A stretch of DNA of 23,036 nucleotides from Methanobacteriota archaeon (GTDB lineage: Archaea > Methanobacteriota > Methanobacteria > Methanobacteriales > Methanobacteriaceae). The translations under genes and the position numbers were made by a program. How positions within the stretch are numbered: the stretch's first letter is position 1; every line of letters starts with the position of its first letter. Location: assembly GCA_963787255.1 (NCBI GenBank), contig CAWBCJ010000022.1:1-23036 (forward strand). Reading direction: 5' to 3'. The notes beneath the pieces were generated by a model, which was not told where the DNA came from, made no database searches, and worked only from the letters and a program-made list of their open reading frames with translations. Shown in pieces: positions 19,547 through 23,036 of this stretch.

Positions 19547-19666
19547 ATGTTAGTGTTGTGGACTTTTTTCCATGGAGGTCCAGGAGGGATTTATGCATTA
19601 ATAATCTTTATAGTTGTCCTAATTATATTAGTCATAGCTCAAATAAAAGGACGGTTATTTGAATAA
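19547..19666 (+). CDS. Putative 39-aa single-TM microprotein
   Basis: MLVLWTFFHGGPGGIYALIIFIVVLIILVIAQIKGRLFE*; AGGGGA upstream. Confidence 0.5.
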   Translation: MLVLWTFFHGGPGGIYALIIFIVVLIILVIAQIKGRLFE

Positions 19667-19797
19667 GACCTTAAAACTAAAATATTATAATGGCTTGGAT
19701 TTGCATGAGTTAAAAATATTTTTTCCATTTATCTCTTCTATAAATTCCCCATACACTCTTTAAATTTCATTTTATTGAAAAACTTCATTATATCGTT

Positions 19798-19917
19798 CTA
19801 TAACGATTTAATGAACTACTATTTTTAACTTGTTAAGAAAATTAAAATCAGGGAATGTTGGAACCTGTACTATTATTTAGCATAGTATGAACAAGCTAAA
19901 ATTAAGCTTTTTAGCCA
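19798..19917 (-). repeat. Element copy M in reverse orientation
   Basis: Minus strand reads TGGCTAAAAAG…TGATTTTAATTTTCTTAACAAGTTAAAAATAG…AAATCGTTATAG. Confidence 0.8.
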
Positions 19918-20025
19918 ATTAATTAATTTTTTTTCTTTTTTTCTTTTTTAAATACATCATTTTATATAGTATCAAAAATAAAAAGTCATTTAAGCCTTTT
20001 TTGGCTATATTTAGGACGTGATTAA

Positions 20026-20250
20026 ATGTTTGGAAATAATAATAGAAATAATAATAGAGAAAGTTCATCTCCTTTAAACGAAGGACAAGAATATGATGTT
20101 AAAATTGAAGATATGGGAAGAGATGGAGACGGAATTGCTAAAATTGAAGGTTTCGTAGTTTTTGTATCTGGAGCAAAAGTGGGCGATGAAGTTAAAATCA
20201 GAATTACTTCAACAAGAAGAAACTTCGCTTTTGCAGACATCGTAGAATAG
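20026..20250 (+). CDS. Single TRAM domain protein (archaeal RNA chaperone/cold-shock type)
   Basis: [46 protein letters not shown]…FAFADIVE. Confidence 0.95.
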   Translation: MFGNNNRNNNRESSSPLNEGQEYDVKIEDMGRDGDGIAKIEGFVVFVSGAKVGDEVKIRITSTRRNFAFADIVE

Positions 20251-20708
20251 TTTAAGTTAATTTTTAATGCTCATTATCTATGTTAATGCTTTAAATTATT
20301 ATTGACGATTATATTAAAGGTTTTTATTATAATTAAGATATTTTTAATCATTAAAACTAGTCATGAGCTTTTTAAAATTTAATTTTCATTTAAATTTATC
20401 TATTTTTTTTATTTTTTTTAAATTCAGTAATTAAATTTAATTAATTTTTATTGATTATATGAATTTTAGTTAAAAGTAATTCAAAAATTTTATGATCATC
20501 TGGTTGAGTTTGGAGTGTGTTCTACTTTTTATTTTACTATTCCAGTTAGAAATGAAGATGGTAGCTAAATTTTACTCTTAATTTACCTTATTTTTTCAAT
20601 TAAACCGTTCTTTTTGAATATTATCTTTAATAATAATATAAATATTGAACAATTTTATTTTCTGGGCATGAAAAGAATATCAATATTAATATGCCAATAT
20701 AAATTTCA

Positions 20709-21458
20709 ATGGTTAACCATAAAGTTTTCTCAGCAAAAGATAATAAAAGTTTCATAAAAACTACATCCTTCTATGAATTGTATTCTATATTGAAAACATT
20801 AAAAACATCTAAAGGACGTTTTGTACTTGTTTTAGGTGCGCCGGGCACTGGTAAATCTGCTAACATATATCAGACACTTTCTCTACTTGATCTGGACGTT
20901 TATGATGCTTTTTTATTTATAGATACTGATTCAAAACCTCAAGACGTATACAAAATTTTATGGGATACTCTTAAGGAGGATATGGGGGTTAAATCCAGAA
21001 AAGAAATTTATAAAAAGGCTGGAGAATATGATTTGATTCTCTTTGCTGATCCTTTCCTTGATTCAGAATACATTGACCGTGATAAAGTGGGTTTAGGGCT
21101 TTGGACTGAAGAAAATGGTCCAAGTACGTTTCCATTCTATTTTAAAGTGTTATTTGAATATATTAAACATTATATGGATTTGAAAAATGTTAATGTCGTT
21201 GCTCAGACATCGTGGGTATTGAAGTTTCGGGGAGTTCGGTATGATATTCTTACCGATTTCAATTTTCTATCAAAAATTTTGGTTTTTTTATTGAAAAAAT
21301 TATTTGAAGTGGTTTTGATATCATATACTAAAGAAGAAATGATTAAAATTGTTAGAAGTCGTCCTGGTGCTGGTAATGATGAAAAAATTAAAAAATGTAT
21401 AAAAAAATACGGTAACAGGCCACGTTTTATCTTTGAAGCTTTGGATAAAGAAGAATGA
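20709..21458 (+). CDS. Hypothetical P-loop NTPase-like protein
   Basis: FVLVLGAPGTGKS Walker A; candidate Walker B LILFAD. Confidence 0.8.
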   Translation: MVNHKVFSAKDNKSFIKTTSFYELYSILKTLKTSKGRFVLVLGAPGTGKSANIYQTLSLLDLDVYDAFLFIDTDSKPQDVYKILWDTLKEDMGVKSRKEIYKKAGEYDLILFADPFLDSEYIDRDKVGLGLWTEENGPSTFPFYFKVLFEYIKHYMDLKNVNVVAQTSWVLKFRGVRYDILTDFNFLSKILVFLLKKLFEVVLISYTKEEMIKIVRSRPGAGNDEKIKKCIKKYGNRPRFIFEALDKEE

Positions 21459-21840
21459 TTAAAAAATTTTCCTAAAGGGTTAAAAATAGTTGCATTTTAA
21501 GTTTTATTTCTAAAGTTTCATCAAATCTTTTGCTGAACAAACTGTTTTTCTTGGAGGTATGGATAAAAAAAATCTAATGGATTTTTAATTTTTAGATGAT
21601 CGTGCCATTTTATGAAGTCTTTTCTAGGAAACAAGTAAGTTATTAGTTCTTTGGAATATTTATGGCCGGAATGCTAGTATATTTTCATTCATTTTAATAG
21701 TTATTAATAATTTTGTTATTGATCATAAGATATATTTGATATGATGTTTAAATACTGTAGTGAAATAAGTTGAAATGACAACTTAAAAAAAAAATTGAGT
21801 ATTGTATGAATTAATTTATAAAAAAAAGAGGTTGATCAAT

Positions 21841-22017
21841 ATGTGGAGTAAACACATGGGTGGAATGAGTATGATGAATGAAAAAATGATGGAAATGATG
21901 AGTAAAGAAGATATGATGATGATGTATGCTATGAAAATGGATGAGAAAATAGCTATGTTAGAGCTTAAACTAGATTATATGAAAAAAATGCGTGATATGT
22001 TAAAATCTAAAATGTAA
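21841..22017 (+). CDS. Methionine-rich 58-aa protein
   Basis: GAGGTTGA RBS before ATG 21841; 20 of 58 residues are Met. Confidence 0.75.
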   Translation: MWSKHMGGMSMMNEKMMEMMSKEDMMMMYAMKMDEKIAMLELKLDYMKKMRDMLKSKM

Positions 22018-22301
22018 GATTCAATAAAGCTGATAGACTCCTAATTGAGTTTATTAATGCCCAATTTTTTTTTAAAGTTAGATTAGATAAAAGAAAATAC
22101 AGAACCGAAAACAATTAAATTTATTGGCAGAAGAAACTTAGCCATACCCCCTTTTTTGCTTTAATAGCCATTGAAATAGCATTCATTTCTCCAAACATCA
22201 GTAATTATATCTTATTTGCTATTATTTGCAATTAAATCCAAATAAGCATTTATCCTGAATTATAAAAACAATAATTAAAAAGGAGGATACAAAAGTCTAC
22301 A

Positions 22302-22679
22302 TTATTCTTTGACAATAACTCCAATGGCCCCTCCTAATAATCCTAAAACAAGGCTTATGACTATTGATAATTGAATGATGATATATCCGGTGATTAAGGT
22401 ATTGCCGGCTATTGTCCCTATTATGGCACTTATATCTCCAAAGCCCAGAATGGATAATAAACCTATTATTAAACCGCCAATTAATCCCGAAATGGCCCCT
22501 ACAACCATCCCATCTTTTTCATCCATTTTTTCATAATCTTCATATCCTTTGCTAAGGTAAGATGCTAAGAACCCTCCACTAAGCGGGCCTAAAAATAAGA
22601 GAGGGAAGAAAATTAATGATAAGACAATAGTTAAAGCAGTATTAATTAGAGCACTTAGTCCTATAATTTTCCAGTCCAT
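22302..22679 (-). CDS. DUF5518 family membrane protein
   Basis: MDWKIIG…GPLSGGFLASYL…DGMVVGAISGLIGG…LGLLGGAIG. Confidence 0.88.
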   Translation of the reverse strand: MDWKIIGLSALINTALTIVLSLIFFPLLFLGPLSGGFLASYLSKGYEDYEKMDEKDGMVVGAISGLIGGLIIGLLSILGFGDISAIIGTIAGNTLITGYIIIQLSIVISLVLGLLGGAIGVIVKE

Positions 22680-22738
22680 TTAATCAACTCAAATAAAAGT
22701 TTATAAGTATCTTTAAATTTTTTTTATTCCTTTTAAAT

Positions 22739-23036
22739 TGCTTTATTTTTAAATTAAGGTTTGTGTGAGTCTTTATATATTATAGTTTCAAAAAATGTTA
22801 CTATTATAGTTTTTGTATACTTAAAACTGCTTTAAAAAATTAAGAATTTAAAACTAGGTTTTATTAAACAGTATTTTAACATATGAAACTTCTATGATCT
22901 GCTTATTATATGAAATTAATATTTATATTGAGTTGAAAATTTCTCCTTGTAAAAATTGTTATCTTTTGGTTAATATTGCTGTTTAATGCTTATTTTTATG
23001 ATTTTGATTTTATTAGCAAGTTAAAAAAAAATAGGG
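22739..23036 (+). repeat. Element copy L: subterminal region running off the window end
   Basis: Colinear with 4686-4990 and 2983-3281. Confidence 0.92.

Noticed and set aside
20035-20059. AATAATAATAGA tandem repeat
   Set aside because: Encodes the ordinary low-complexity Asn/Arg N-terminus of the TRAM protein.
161-20240. Short ORFs 161-346, 3793-3978, 5587-5787, 6002-6202, 6964-7149, 9225-9431, 15277-15477, 17227-17421, 18364-18624 and 20022-20240
   Set aside because: Each overlaps a better-supported gene and has no recognisable motif.
414-23036. CRISPR array or classical integron attC array
   Set aside because: Repeats are hundreds to thousands of bp apart with whole genes between them. 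I saw no attC-type RYYYAAC…GTTRRRY hairpins, intI or cas genes.

Overview
Very AT-rich archaeal DNA. Gene content (TRAM protein, DUF4013, DUF5518, DUF2769, small methanogen membrane proteins, GGAG/GGTG RBSs) points to a Methanobacterium-like methanogen; this is inferred, not verified. There are no rRNA, tRNA or CRISPR features and no intact transposase or integrase. The window is an accessory region of small, unrelated genes in mixed orientation: DJ-1/PfpI, GYD, 2TM, flavodoxin, DHA2 MFS, a CPBP/hydrolase/MarR module, DUF4013, HEPN, an AAC(3)-I-like GNAT, TRAM and DUF5518. The left ~9.5 kb is heavily pseudogenised. The main signal is non-coding. About 13 full or partial copies of one repeat family punctuate the genes, almost all in the same orientation. 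The family has a left end (TATAGCGACCATGTGGCTAAAA), a conserved ~150-330 bp subterminal region with internal palindromes, and a right end (AAGTCGTTATA) that is the inverted complement of the left end. Right and left ends often abut across a variable 6-bp spacer (e.g. AAGTCGTTATA-gttatg-TATAACGAC at 12780-12805), which has the geometry of a tyrosine-recombinase core site. The arrangement left end-cargo-subterminal region-right end suggests a tandem array of non-autonomous gene cassettes mobilised in trans. That mechanism is a hypothesis: no recombinase is visible here.
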